A stretch of DNA of 64,000 nucleotides from contig JBHGNT010000002.1 of NCBI GenBank assembly GCA_043228905.1, positions 10,850,001 through 10,914,000 of the forward strand. Reading direction: 5' to 3'. This DNA is from Azolla caroliniana (Eukaryota > Plantae > Polypodiophyta). The notes below the pieces were generated by a model, which was not told the DNA's origin, searched no databases, and was given only the letters and a program-made list of their open reading frames with translations. A program made the position numbers and the translations under genes. Below are positions 24,571 to 35,625 of this stretch, piece after piece (the first letter of the stretch is position 1; each line of letters starts with the position of its first letter).

Positions 24571-27500
24571 AATTCCTTTAATAAAGTGATCATCGCCGTC
24601 TTGCTGTCCGGTGACATTTCCTTAGCAATATGAACCAGTCTTGCGTCGTCCCCGGTTCCTAAGTTCACTTCCTCTAACTGGGATGCTTTCACGTGTTGGG
24701 ATACCGCCATCTCCCTCTCCAGAGCTTCCTGTGCTTGCCGTAATTCTCTGATAGCCTCCCTGTCCGGCTCCTTGCTGGCAACATCCGATTGCGTTATATA
24801 TGGTGACACTACTTCTGCCACATAGATTTCAAATAGGGGTACAATTTTTGGGTTTTCTTCTAAGTATTGGTCGACCTCTTCATCAGCAAGCCCCTCGAGC
24901 ATGTTTACACCTTCCGCATATAGCGGTGTCAGCTCCTTGCCAGTACCCGATCGAGGGTGGGTAGATACCCTTACTTTAGCCTTTCCTCGCCGGAAGGTAA
25001 TCATGTTTTTCCGCTAGTTTTGTTTGATATGTGCCGTTTTTAGCCATGGGCGGCCCAACAACAGTGGGTAAGCCCCTTGCGCATTGAGCTGGAGAACCAC
25101 CACCAAGATGTGGAATGTGTGTCCTCCGATAGTTACGTCTAAATCCTGTATCAAATCGGTAGGTCTTACCGAACTTGTATCTACCATCCAGAGCCAAAAC
25201 GGGCAAGGCTCCCATTCCTGGATTCCCAGAGTATTACAAGTTCGTAGACTAATCACGTTCATGCCCGATACTCTGTCCATTGTTTCGGATTTCCTCTTGT
25301 GTTTCCCACTCCATTGTTTTGCCTTTTGCCCTGGTGGTGACTTGTTGTATGTCGGCGACTTCTACTACCACCAGGTTTACTGCTGGTCGTTTCTCGTAAC
25401 TTTTAACTGGACATTGATTACTGTAATGTCCTTTTTGCCAATAGTAGTAGCAATACGCTTTCTGGGTGTTGCTAGATTCGACATTCACTCCGGTACCCGG
25501 TTGAGGTCCTATTGGTGGTCGGTTAGGTGCTTGGCCTTGGTCTAGTTGGGTACTTGGTGTGCCCTTGTCCGGCTGCCATTGGTGGTCCTCCTTTCTAGCG
25601 TTCCATTTTTTGTTGAAGCGTTTTTTGTTCCGGTAACCCTGTCGGGGCCGGTTTTCATAATTGCCTTGATCCTCCCTCCGTTGGTTGTAACCGGGGGAGT
25701 GATTCCGGTTGTATCGCTCATATTGATCCCCATTATAATCCCGGTAGCTATCCTGCCAGTCTCGGTCGTGCACGTCTTTTTTATCGTTGTACTGGACATC
25801 TTGTGCTGACCGATAACGCTCATCTTGCCGCTAACGTTCTTCTTCCTCCTCCCGGTTACTCCAGGGTTCGATTTGCCTTACCGGTGCCGCTTGCCGGTTC
25901 AACAAGTTATATTCACATAGGTCCATTGTGTGCGCCCTGGAATGACATAACATGCAGTGTGTCCGCATGGTACATTCTATTGCCAAGTGCCCGACATTGA
26001 GACATGTCGTACATTGTATAGCTTTCCGAAACCGTAAGTCATCTTTTGTCGGTAATGTATGCTGGAGGGCCCCCATTGTTAGCCATGAGCTTGTTTTCTC
26101 CATCTCCCTGATCCGGTCTATGACTTGGTCGATTGTGCTGGTGCGGAAATCAATCACTACGCACACCATACGCAGGGGTTCCCGGAGTGCTGCTAGGAAT
26201 ATTGCTTTAGCCTCTACTTCCGGTGGTGCTCGATTTAGCTGGCTATGCATTCGCTAGAACCAGATTACGAATTGCTGAATGGTTTTTGTAGGTTACTACT
26301 GTATGGTGTAGAATAGGCCAACCATCTCCCATTGATCCATCTCCTTGTTGAAGAACTGTAAAAATCTGGTTTTTAAGTCCTCAAATGTCGTGATGGTGCC
26401 GGGAGGGTGCATCAAGCGCCATTGTGCGGCTGTTCCTTCCAAGGTCATGCCAAACTCTGCAATCTTCGAGCGTTCTGCTTCGGCAACGGTTAACCGTTGC
26501 GACACACGGTTTGCTTCCCATTTTTGTAGAAATGCATAGACATGAGCTTCCGCATCCAGATCATCCCGGTACTTGGGATATTGGAACGACATGTCGTCAT
26601 CCGGTGTCGGAACACAGGCTGGAGGTGTCGGAGGTCTTTCCTCCTCTTCTTTCGGTGTTTCTCATGGTGGTGCTAGAAGCTGATCCACTGCTTGCCGGTC
26701 TAGGGCTTCCTATTCCGTTCACTCCGGTTCTGGTCTCGGCAAGGTATCCGACTGCTCATCCTGCGGTCCATCTGGGTGTTGTGGCTGCTACGGTAATTTG
26801 AATGGGCGCTGCATTCGCGGTCCGAATCCGATTCAAAGGCCAAGAACGGTTCCGAAGCACCTTCCCCTGTCGCTAATGCTTGTAGAATGGATTCCGTGTC
26901 CCGGAGACTGCTCAAGCTACTTCCTTAATCCGGGTGGGGAGTGTGCTGCACACGGAGTGACTCCACGGCCATTCACAGGATTACTTTGGAAAATGATCGA
27001 TCTACACAGATCTCTTCTGCCGCATGCTGGAAAGCCTCTCGCTTCCGCAATCGTTTAGCAAGTCTTCTTGCTCGCTCTGTAACTGGGTCGTTTGTTGGTC
27101 TAGTCATCCATTCCCGCCGTTGTTCGCTGCGTTTGTGCAGGAATCGTTTGTGCAGACAATGGCCTAACATAGGGTGTCCCTTGAGACATGTCACCAAAGG
27201 GGTGTTGCGGTGAGACCAACTTAGACCGAACTATTAATGAAACCTTGATTGGTTACTAATCGGCAATTCATTAGTCACAATACACGCGTAAGATGGATTA
27301 CACTTAGCACAGAACGGTAATTAACACTGATTCAGATACAGAACAACAACACTCTATTAATTATCCACTAATTGATTACAAACTAACCAGGCCCTTTTAT
27401 AGGTCTCCGGCTCTAGGTACAAACTGGTGCCAACCGGCAACAAGCTACAAACCGGTCCGAATCCAGATTGGCATACCGATTTTGGGTCCGTACGTTCGCT

Positions 27501-27599
27501 TCTCAAAATCATACTAATTCTATATTATAGATAATCAGCTCTCGGTTATTAATTATCCCCCTTTTCTTATTCTGGACTTTCGTTGCCGGCCGGCTAACA
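24571..27599 (-). mobile_element. Truncated Ty3/gypsy element I (5' LTR ~27153-27599, gag, protease; RT onward deleted)
   Basis: LTR homologous to the K/M LTRs (starts TGTTAGCCGGCCGG on minus); gag MSFQYPKYRDD..EAHVYAF, CCHC knuckles, protease region YPLLLGRPWLK; ends at TAMITLLKEF, fused to copia integrase. Confidence 0.87.
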
Positions 27600-27612
27600 T
27601 ACCCCCTCGATG

Positions 27613-30600
27613 TGTTGAGAATAGCATGGAATATAGCTCGGCCACAACCGAGTTTTGAACACTTCCGACGAGAATCAAACACAAAAATGGGAAGAAGGGA
27701 ATGAATGCATGTACACACACGAGTCGATAGAGAGGCCACAAGATGTTTACGTGGAAAACCCTAATACGGAAAAACCACGGGAGCCCACAGGCTCTGAACT
27801 ATCACTATATGAGAAAGGTACAATCAGAGACTCATAGGCAATGACCTCGAGTCCTATTTCTTTGCCAAGCAGTGGTTACAACAGAGTATATCGCTCTGTA
27901 TGTCCTCTCACTCTCTCTCTGTTCTCTCTATACAGTAGTTATACACATACAACAATATGACAACAACCACAAGGTGATTGCCCTAAGTCATATTTATACT
28001 TATATGAACTTAGGGCTATTTACAAATATAGCCTGAATAGGCTTACACAAAACATATTTACAAATATGTCTTCTCATCCAGTTCTCACTGAGTCTATCCG
28101 ATCCGGTTTCCGGTCCAATCCGGTTTCTGGATCTCTTCCAGTTCTCATCGGGTCCATTTCATTCATAACCGGATCCCATCCGGAGGGACTGATTTCCCAA
28201 AAATCTCCCCCTTCACTCCGGCATGGGATGTGTTGTCAAACCGATCCGCTTTCGACACGCGTCCAGCTTGTCGGTTGTCAGCACCTTGGTCAGCATATCC
28301 AACCCATTCTCCTCTGTGTGGATCTTTGTCAGCAGGAACTCTTCATCTTCTACTCTCTCCTGGATCCAATGGTACCTCCGTTGGATATGTTTCATTCGAG
28401 AATGGTAGGCCGCGTTCTTTGCAAGGTAAATGGCACTTTGACTATCTCAGTAAAGCTGGTATTCCTCCTGTTGGATCCCTAGCTCTCCGATGAAGTCCTT
28501 CATCCAGATTATCTCCTTGCCGGCTTCCACAACTGCCATGTACTCCGCCTCCGTGGTTGACAATGCAACCGTCTTTTGAAGCCTCGACTGCCATGAAACT
28601 GCTCCCCCTACATAAGTCATGACATATCCGGATGTAGACTGGCTTGTATCCGCATTAGCCGACATAACCGAATCCGTGAATCCATCAAGTTGGCGATTAC
28701 CAAAGCCAAACCGGAGGTACATACTCACGGTGCCTTTCAAGTACCGAAGTATCAACTTGACCGCGTTCCAGTGCTCATTGTCAGGATTGCTCATGAACCG
28801 GCTCACCACTCCGACTGCGTATATGATATCCGGCTGGGTACATACCATTGCGTACATCAAGCTCCTGACGGTAGAGGCATATGCTATCTTCATCATATCC
28901 GTCTTCTCCGCCTTTGTCCTTAGGCTTTGTTTTCCCAATAGCTTGCAGTTTGCCGGAAGTGTCAATCCGATCGGCTTCGCCTCCAACATGTTGAACTGTT
29001 GCACCACCTTTGTCATGTACTTCTCCTATGACAACTGCAATAGCTTCTTCGACTGGTTCCTGATGATGTGCATTCCCAATATTTGTCTTGCCGGACCCAA
29101 GTCTTTCATTGAGAAGGTCCGGTTCAGAGCCTTCTTCATCATCCGAATCTTGCCTTGGTTTCATTCAATGATCAACATATCATCCACATATAAGAGGAGT
29201 ATCAGGAAATCTCCTCCGTCAAATTTCTTCACAAACACGCAGTGATCGGCCTGTGTCTTGTGGTACCCTTGGTCAGTCATGAAGGAGTCGAACTTCCGGT
29301 ACCATTGCCGGGGGTCTTGCTTCAATCCGTATAAGCTCTTCTTCAGTCGGCACACTAGGTGCTCCTTTCCTTTCTTCTCAAATCCTTCGGATTGATCCAT
29401 GTAGATCTCTTCTTCGAGGTCGCCATGTAGGAATGTCGTCTTGACGTCCAATTGCTCTACCTCGAGGTTCATGCTTGCCGCTATGCTCAATACCGTATGG
29501 ATGGATGTCATTTTTACTACCGGGGCAAAGATCTCATCGAAGGCCACTCCTTTCTTCTGCTAGAAGCCCTTCACCACGACTTGGGCATTATACCTTGGTG
29601 GATTTCCGGCATCTCCCGGTTTCAGCTTATACACACACTTGTTCTGGAGTGCTCTCTTCCCTTTTGGCAACTCCGTCAGTTCATACGCATGGTTCTCATG
29701 CAGGGAATCCATCTCGTCTTGCATGGCACTCAACCACTTGCAGCTATGGGTGTCTCTCTTGGCTTCTTTGAAGCTTTCCGGCTCCCCCTCATCGGTTAGC
29801 AACACATGCTCTACATCCGGAAATCTCCGGGGGCTCTTCTCTCTAAGAGAGGGTATCTCCGTCCTTGGTTTCTGACTACTGGTTCCTCCGTTTGTTCCTC
29901 ATCCTCATCCGATTCGGGATCTTCTCCGGTTCCAATGTCTTCTTCTTCTTCGGTCGGTCCGGTTTCTTGTCTATATCCGGCCAGTTCGTCGAGTGTCATC
30001 CGGTTACCGGCGAACATCTGGTTTTCAACCGGGTAAGTCCTAGTGTCCTCAAGCCGGTTTTCATTGGATGTCTGGAGTTCATCACCTTCATCTCCGAATC
30101 CCAGTCGACAATGGTCCTGTCTTCCATGAAGACTATGTCTCAACTCCGAAACACCTTCTTGTCGACCAGATCCTACACCTGGTAACATAAGTCATCATCG
30201 TCGTATCCAAGGAGTATGCATGGTCTGGACTTCGGATCCAACTTTGCTCTCTTGTCCTTTGCTACATGCACATATGCGAGACACTCGAACACCTTCAGAT
30301 GTCGGAAAGACACGTCTTTACCGGTCCATACTTTCTGAGGTGAGTCTCCTCCCAAGGGTATTGAGGGTGATTTGTTTATCATGTAGGTCGCCTTTATCAG
30401 TGCCTCAGCCCAAAACATCTTGGGTAACTTTGCATGTGCTAGCATGCTCCAGACTCTCTTCATCACGATCTGTTCAATTCCGACATCTTTGGCACGGTGA
30501 ATTCGAGCCGGATTCCCTTCGACCCGCAGTACTCCACAAACTGCCCCTGGTATTCTCCTCCATTGTCTGCTCCAACTGCCTTCAACTTCTGGCTGGTTTC

Positions 30601-32832
30601 TCTTTCCACTCTCGTGTGGAGCTCCTTGAAGACGGATAACACTTGATCCTTCTTCTTCAACGGCGAGACCCACAACTTCCGGATGTGGTCATCAATGAAG
30701 GTCACGAAGTACTGCGATCCGGCATGTGACTTCGTGTCCATTTGACACACATCAATATGCACCAGCTCCAGTGGTGCATTCTGTCTCATCGGTGGTCTTG
30801 ACCAGAAGGAGGTTCGGTTTTGCTTGCCGGCCAAGCAATCAATGCACTTTTCAAGTTGTACGTCCTTCACCGGAATGATATTTTCTTCAGCAAGTCTCTT
30901 CATCCCCTTCTGACTCATGTGACACAGTCTCTTGTGCCACAGCTCACCGGTAGTGTCGGATGCAACGTTCACTTCTTCCCAGCATATCCGGGCATGCATC
31001 AAGTATAGTGTGTTGACCTTCTAGGCTCGAGCTACTATTAGGCTCCATTTGCTGAACTTCATAACTCCATTCCGGATGCTACCCATGTAGCCTTCATCAT
31101 CTTGCGGATCGGCTGATATTAGGTTCAGTTGAACCTCCGGAACGTGTCAGACATCCTTCAACAACAACTTGCATCCGGTTAATGTCACCAACAACACATC
31201 TCCTATGCCGATAATTCGGCATGTACCTTCATTCCCCATCCAGATACAACCATGATCACCGGCTGTGTAGGATGAGAAGCATTTCTGATCCGGTGTCAGG
31301 TGGAACGACGTTTCAGAATCGACAACCCACATTGTCTCATCGCCGACAAGGTTTAACTCATTCTCTTCGGTAATGAGCATCAGTTCTTCTTCACTTGTCG
31401 CGATTGCCGATGTTCACTTCCGATCTGGGCCTCTCCAGTCCGTACCATTTCAGTTCGAACTCTTCTTCGAATCGGTATCGTCGGTTTTTTTCTCTTTCCG
31501 GAAATGCCGACAAATCTTCTGGAAGTGCCCCGGCTTCCCGCAATAGAAGCACGTGGGCCTCCCCCTTGACTTTGACCTTTTCCCCGAGTTGTCCCGGTTT
31601 TGGGGACTCCAATACTAGCCTCTTCCCCGGTTGTGGTCATCTTCCGTGATCAAGGCCTTCGGATCGGTTCCAGTCTCCCGGTCTATCCAGCGAGCTTCTT
31701 CATCTAGCAAGCTTGATTTTACCCTTGCTAGGGACAACTATTTTCCTTCAGGCCTGACATTGCCCAACGTAACAACTAGCGTCTCCCAACTATCCGGGAG
31801 GGAACCGCGCCGGAGTAATGCGAGTACCTCATCGGTGAGAGGTACTTCCAACGAGGTTGCTTGGTGTATTAGCCCTTGGAAGGCGTTCATGTGCTCCGCC
31901 ATATTGGAGCCGTCCTGGTACCGGAGCCTCACTAGCTTCCGGAATGCCGAATATTCTCCTAGAGTTCGCGAGCCTTACTTTCTTCATTGAAGTTGTTGTA
32001 TAGGCTCATGTCGATGAAGCACCGGATGTATGCTGTCGTCGTCTTCATGTACATCACCTCCCACGCTGTGGCGTCGATCTTGTCCGGTCTCTTGTCCTTG
32101 AATTGAACCGGCAACCAAAGATCTTTAACCACTAGCATATCCCTCATCTTCGACTTCCACACTCAGTAGTTGGAGCCGGTGAGCTTGAACATGCCGCCGA
32201 ACGATTCTTCCATTTCTTGTGTTGTTCCCTCTAATACCAGTTTGTTGAGAATAGCGCGGAATATAGCTCGGCCACAACCGAGTTTTGAACACTTCTGATC
32301 AGAATCAAACACAAAAATGGGAAGAAGGGAGTGAATGCACATACATACACGAGTCGATAGAGAGGACACAAGATGTTTACGTGGAAAACCCTAATAGGGA
32401 AAAGCCACGGGAGCCCACAGGCTCCGAACTATCACTATATGAGAAAGGTACAATCAGAGACTCGGAGGCAACGACCTCGAGCTCTGTTTCTTTGCCAAGC
32501 AGTGGTTACAATAGAGTATATCGCTCTTTATGTCCTCTCATTCTCTCTCTGTTCTCTTTATACAATAGTTATACACATACAACAATATGACAACAACCAC
32601 AAGGTGATTGCCCTAAGTCATATTTATACTTATACGAACTTAGGGCTATTTACAAATATAGCGTCAATAGGCTTATACAAAACATATTTACAAATATGTC
32701 TTCTCATCCGGTTCTCACTGGGTCTATCCGATCCGGTTTCTGATCCAATCCGGTTTCTGGATCTCTTCTGGTTCTCACCGGGTCCACTTCATTCATAACC
32801 GGATCCTATCCGGAGGAACCGATTTCCCAACA
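27613..32832 (-). mobile_element. Full-length decayed Ty1/copia element J
   Basis: 590-bp LTRs 27613-28202 and 32243-32832; TSD CGATG/CAATG; PPT 28203-28214; degenerate Met PBS TGGTATTAGAGG 32228-32239. Confidence 0.93.
28213..32213 (-). pseudogene. gag-pol: copia gag-pol of element J, multiple stops and frameshifts
   Basis: Fragments: gag WKSKMRDMLVVKDLW, protease WVVDSETS, IN GADNGGEY, RT LLLYVDDML, RH. Confidence 0.9.
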
Positions 32833-32839
32833 CAATGAT

Positions 32840-33274
32840 TGTTAACTCTTAGGGCCGGACAATGGCCTAACACAGGGTGTCTACGGAAGACACTTCACCA
32901 AAGGGGTGTTACGGCAAGAGGATTAAGATCAACGATTAATCCGACTTAATTAGGTTACTTAGCAAGATCGTCCTTAACAATCACACGCGTAAGATATAAC
33001 AATGAATGCAGAACGGAAATTAACACAGAGATATAGAAAACACTAATCTTTATTAATTATCCGCTGCTCATTACATTGTAACCGGGCCTTTAAATAGGTT
33101 TCTGGTCTGTAGTACAAAACGGTGCCATCCGCACTTGTTCGGGATCGGTCCGGATCCAGAACGGCATACCAATTCCGGTCTGTCCATCCACACTCATAGC
33201 TTACTTATAACCATTCCTAATAATTAAATAACTCCTCCGTTTCACACTCTGGACTCCTTTGCTGGCCGGTAACA
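32840..33274 (-). repeat. 3' LTR of element K
   Basis: TGTTAAC..GGTAACA, direct repeat of 59062-59496. Confidence 0.95.
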
Positions 33275-33276
33275 CA

Positions 33277-33316
33277 TGACACGCCCGTGGGACAGTACCT
33301 TGTACGTCGAATCCAC
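33277..33316 (-). promoter_or_regulatory. tRNA-3'-end-like motif occupying the PPT position of K
   Basis: Minus strand GTGGATTCGA-CGTACAAGGTACT-GTCCCACGGGCGTGTCA, then TG, then the LTR; homologous to 44354-44393 and 57853-57892. Function is inferred. Confidence 0.75.
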
Positions 33317-35216
33317 CATCCGACCCTTGCTATTCTTCGTCCAAAATATCTAGAATGCTTTGTTCGAGAGTCTCCAATGGTTCATTTGGAATTGGTTGTT
33401 GTTGTTGTTGTTGTTGTTGCTCTGTTGATGGCTGCTGCGACTGGTCCTTTGGTGGCTGCTGCGGCTGCTCCTCCGTTTGTTGCTCTGACACCGGCGTTTC
33501 CGTCGTTACTCCCTCCATCGTAGTGGTCTCCGGTTGACTGGTTCCGGCCTGGCCCTCAACCGGCGACGGTTCCTCATCACTAAGGTTAACCGTTGCCGCT
33601 TCCCGTGCTTTTTCTTCCCAAACCCGGGACCGCTCGTAGCTTTCAAACTGGATTTGAGCATCCAGCCTATCATCGTCTAGCTGAGCTACGAGTTGTCGGA
33701 CCTGCACCAGCTGTTCCTCCGCTAGGACTTGGAAGTCTTCAGCCAGCTCGTCCCGTATGGCGGTGAAGTCCTCGGAAGTCAACGTATAACAATCATCTCC
33801 TTCCTTCCGCCGATTTGCCACGTCTGCTCGTAGCAATTGGAGTTCCGCCGTATTTTGTGCCCACTTTGTCCACCATCTTACGGAGCTTTCGTCAATCAAG
33901 CATTTTGTCTGATTCAGCCATGCCCGGAGGATGCACTGAATCCAGCCCGTTCCCAACTGCGATTTGATCTCCGCAGCTTGCCGTTCCTCCTTCAATTGCT
34001 TTATGATTTTGACGTTGTCTTCCACTTGCTCCTTGTAATGCGTCAATTGCCTTCGATATGTGCTTTGTAATTTTTGCAATACCGTTGACACTCTCTCCTT
34101 TTCTTCCCGCTGTTGCTTCTGGAGCTCCATCCGGACCTTCTCCGCCTCGTTCAACCGTCTTGTATTTTCCGCTCGTTCGTCGGCGAGCGCCGTCGCGACC
34201 CGATCAACTTCCTGCTGGAGCTCGGCCACCCATTCCTTATGCTCCGTTTCCAGCCGTTTGTAGTCCCGGTGCAGGTGCTCAAAATCATCTGTCTTTTGCT
34301 TGAGCCGTGCGTTGATCTGTCGACGGGCCCGGTCCTCTCGGTCCTTCTATTGGCGGAGCTCTTCCTTTAGCCGTTCAATTTCCGTTTCCACCGTCTTCCG
34401 CAGCTTGTCCTTTTCCTACAACACTTTGTCTTTTTTCTCCCTTAGCCGGTCGTACGCTTGATGGCCTTTCCGGAGGCTCTCCTCTGCTCGACGGAGGTTC
34501 TCAGCAATCTTCTTTAATTCTGCTTCGGCCGCAGTCTTCAATTCCTGTTCCCGGCTCCTTAGCGCTTCTTGTGCAGCAAGTTCATCTCTCAATTCCGCAA
34601 GCTCCTGGGCTTGCGCCGTAGCTCTCTCTGGAACGGTTTCCGTTGCCGGCGTCTTATTAGTATGTACAGGTTGGTCTGGTTCTTTATTCTGTACATTTAC
34701 CAGAGTCACCGATGATTGGATCTGTGTTGCCGTTAAGGCCATTTTGGCCATTTCTGCCATGACCTGATCCAAGTCTTTTTCAAGGCACCGGATTTTGGAC
34801 CGGGCCGACTCTAGTTGTTCGGTTGTGACGAGCAACCGTTCGCTTTGCGCTCTTCCTTCCGCCTCAATATACCCCAATGCTCCGGCAATCTATTCGCCTA
34901 TCCACCGGAGCCACAGGCTACCGGTGCATTGTTGTTGCGCTTGCACGTAGGTTTGACGGATGGGCTCGCTTGTGGATGGGTGGTCCCGCCTGATTGCGCC
35001 GAGTTGCAATTCTGTTTCTGGCTGTGGACCATCATGCTGTCCTGGTTCCACTTGCGCTTCTTCTTGGTTGGCCAAGGGAGGCTGCATTGACCTTTCCGGC
35101 TCTGGCGGAATGGGACTTGCCGGTGCTGCCGGTGGTGCAGGGGCTTCTGATTCCGGTGCCATGCGCACCGGTTCCGGTTCCTCCCTTGGCGTGGGAGTTT
35201 CAGTATGGGGAGCTGG

Positions 35217-35573
35217 TGTTGGCCGGTCAGAAGAGCAAGGACAAGTGGGAAGGTGGAGTCGGATCGGATAATAGGAAGTAAATGATAGTAGAATTATTAT
35301 TCGGAGGGACGGATCCGGTACAGTTGTACCGATCCAGATCCGGACCGATTCGGATGTCGGTTGCCTAAGCGCACTGATTGTAACCTTGCCGGATGCCTAT
35401 AAAAGGATACAAAAGTAATTATTGCGTGGTTATCTGTATCTTCGTATTGTTTACTGTCTGTGCTTAATTGTAATTATCTTACGCGTGTAACCTAGCATCC
35501 AATCCTTACCACCCCTTTGGAGAAGTGTCGGATAGACACCTGTGTTGAGGCTAGTCCGGCCAGGCAGACAACA
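35217..35573 (+). repeat. 5' LTR of element L
   Basis: TGTTGGCCGG..GACAACA; about 9 substitutions plus a 33-bp deletion relative to the 3' LTR. Confidence 0.95.
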
Positions 35574-35579
35574 CTATTT

Positions 35580-35590
35580 TGGCGACCACG
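35580..35590 (+). promoter_or_regulatory. Primer-binding site of L (tRNA-Arg type, isotype from recall)
   Basis: TGGCGACCACG 6 nt after the 5' LTR; the same sequence occurs in K at 59044-59054 (minus). Confidence 0.85.
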
Positions 35591-35625
35591 ATTCCTGCAA
35601 AGCGCAGAGGAAAACCGGGGGATGG

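Noticed and set aside
27600-27612. GAGGGGGTA (minus) directly before the I LTR looked like a PPT, suggesting a three-LTR tandem element
   Set aside because: After removing J and K it joins 59502 onward in frame as the N integrase tail (AFMDHHRGG); it is target DNA.
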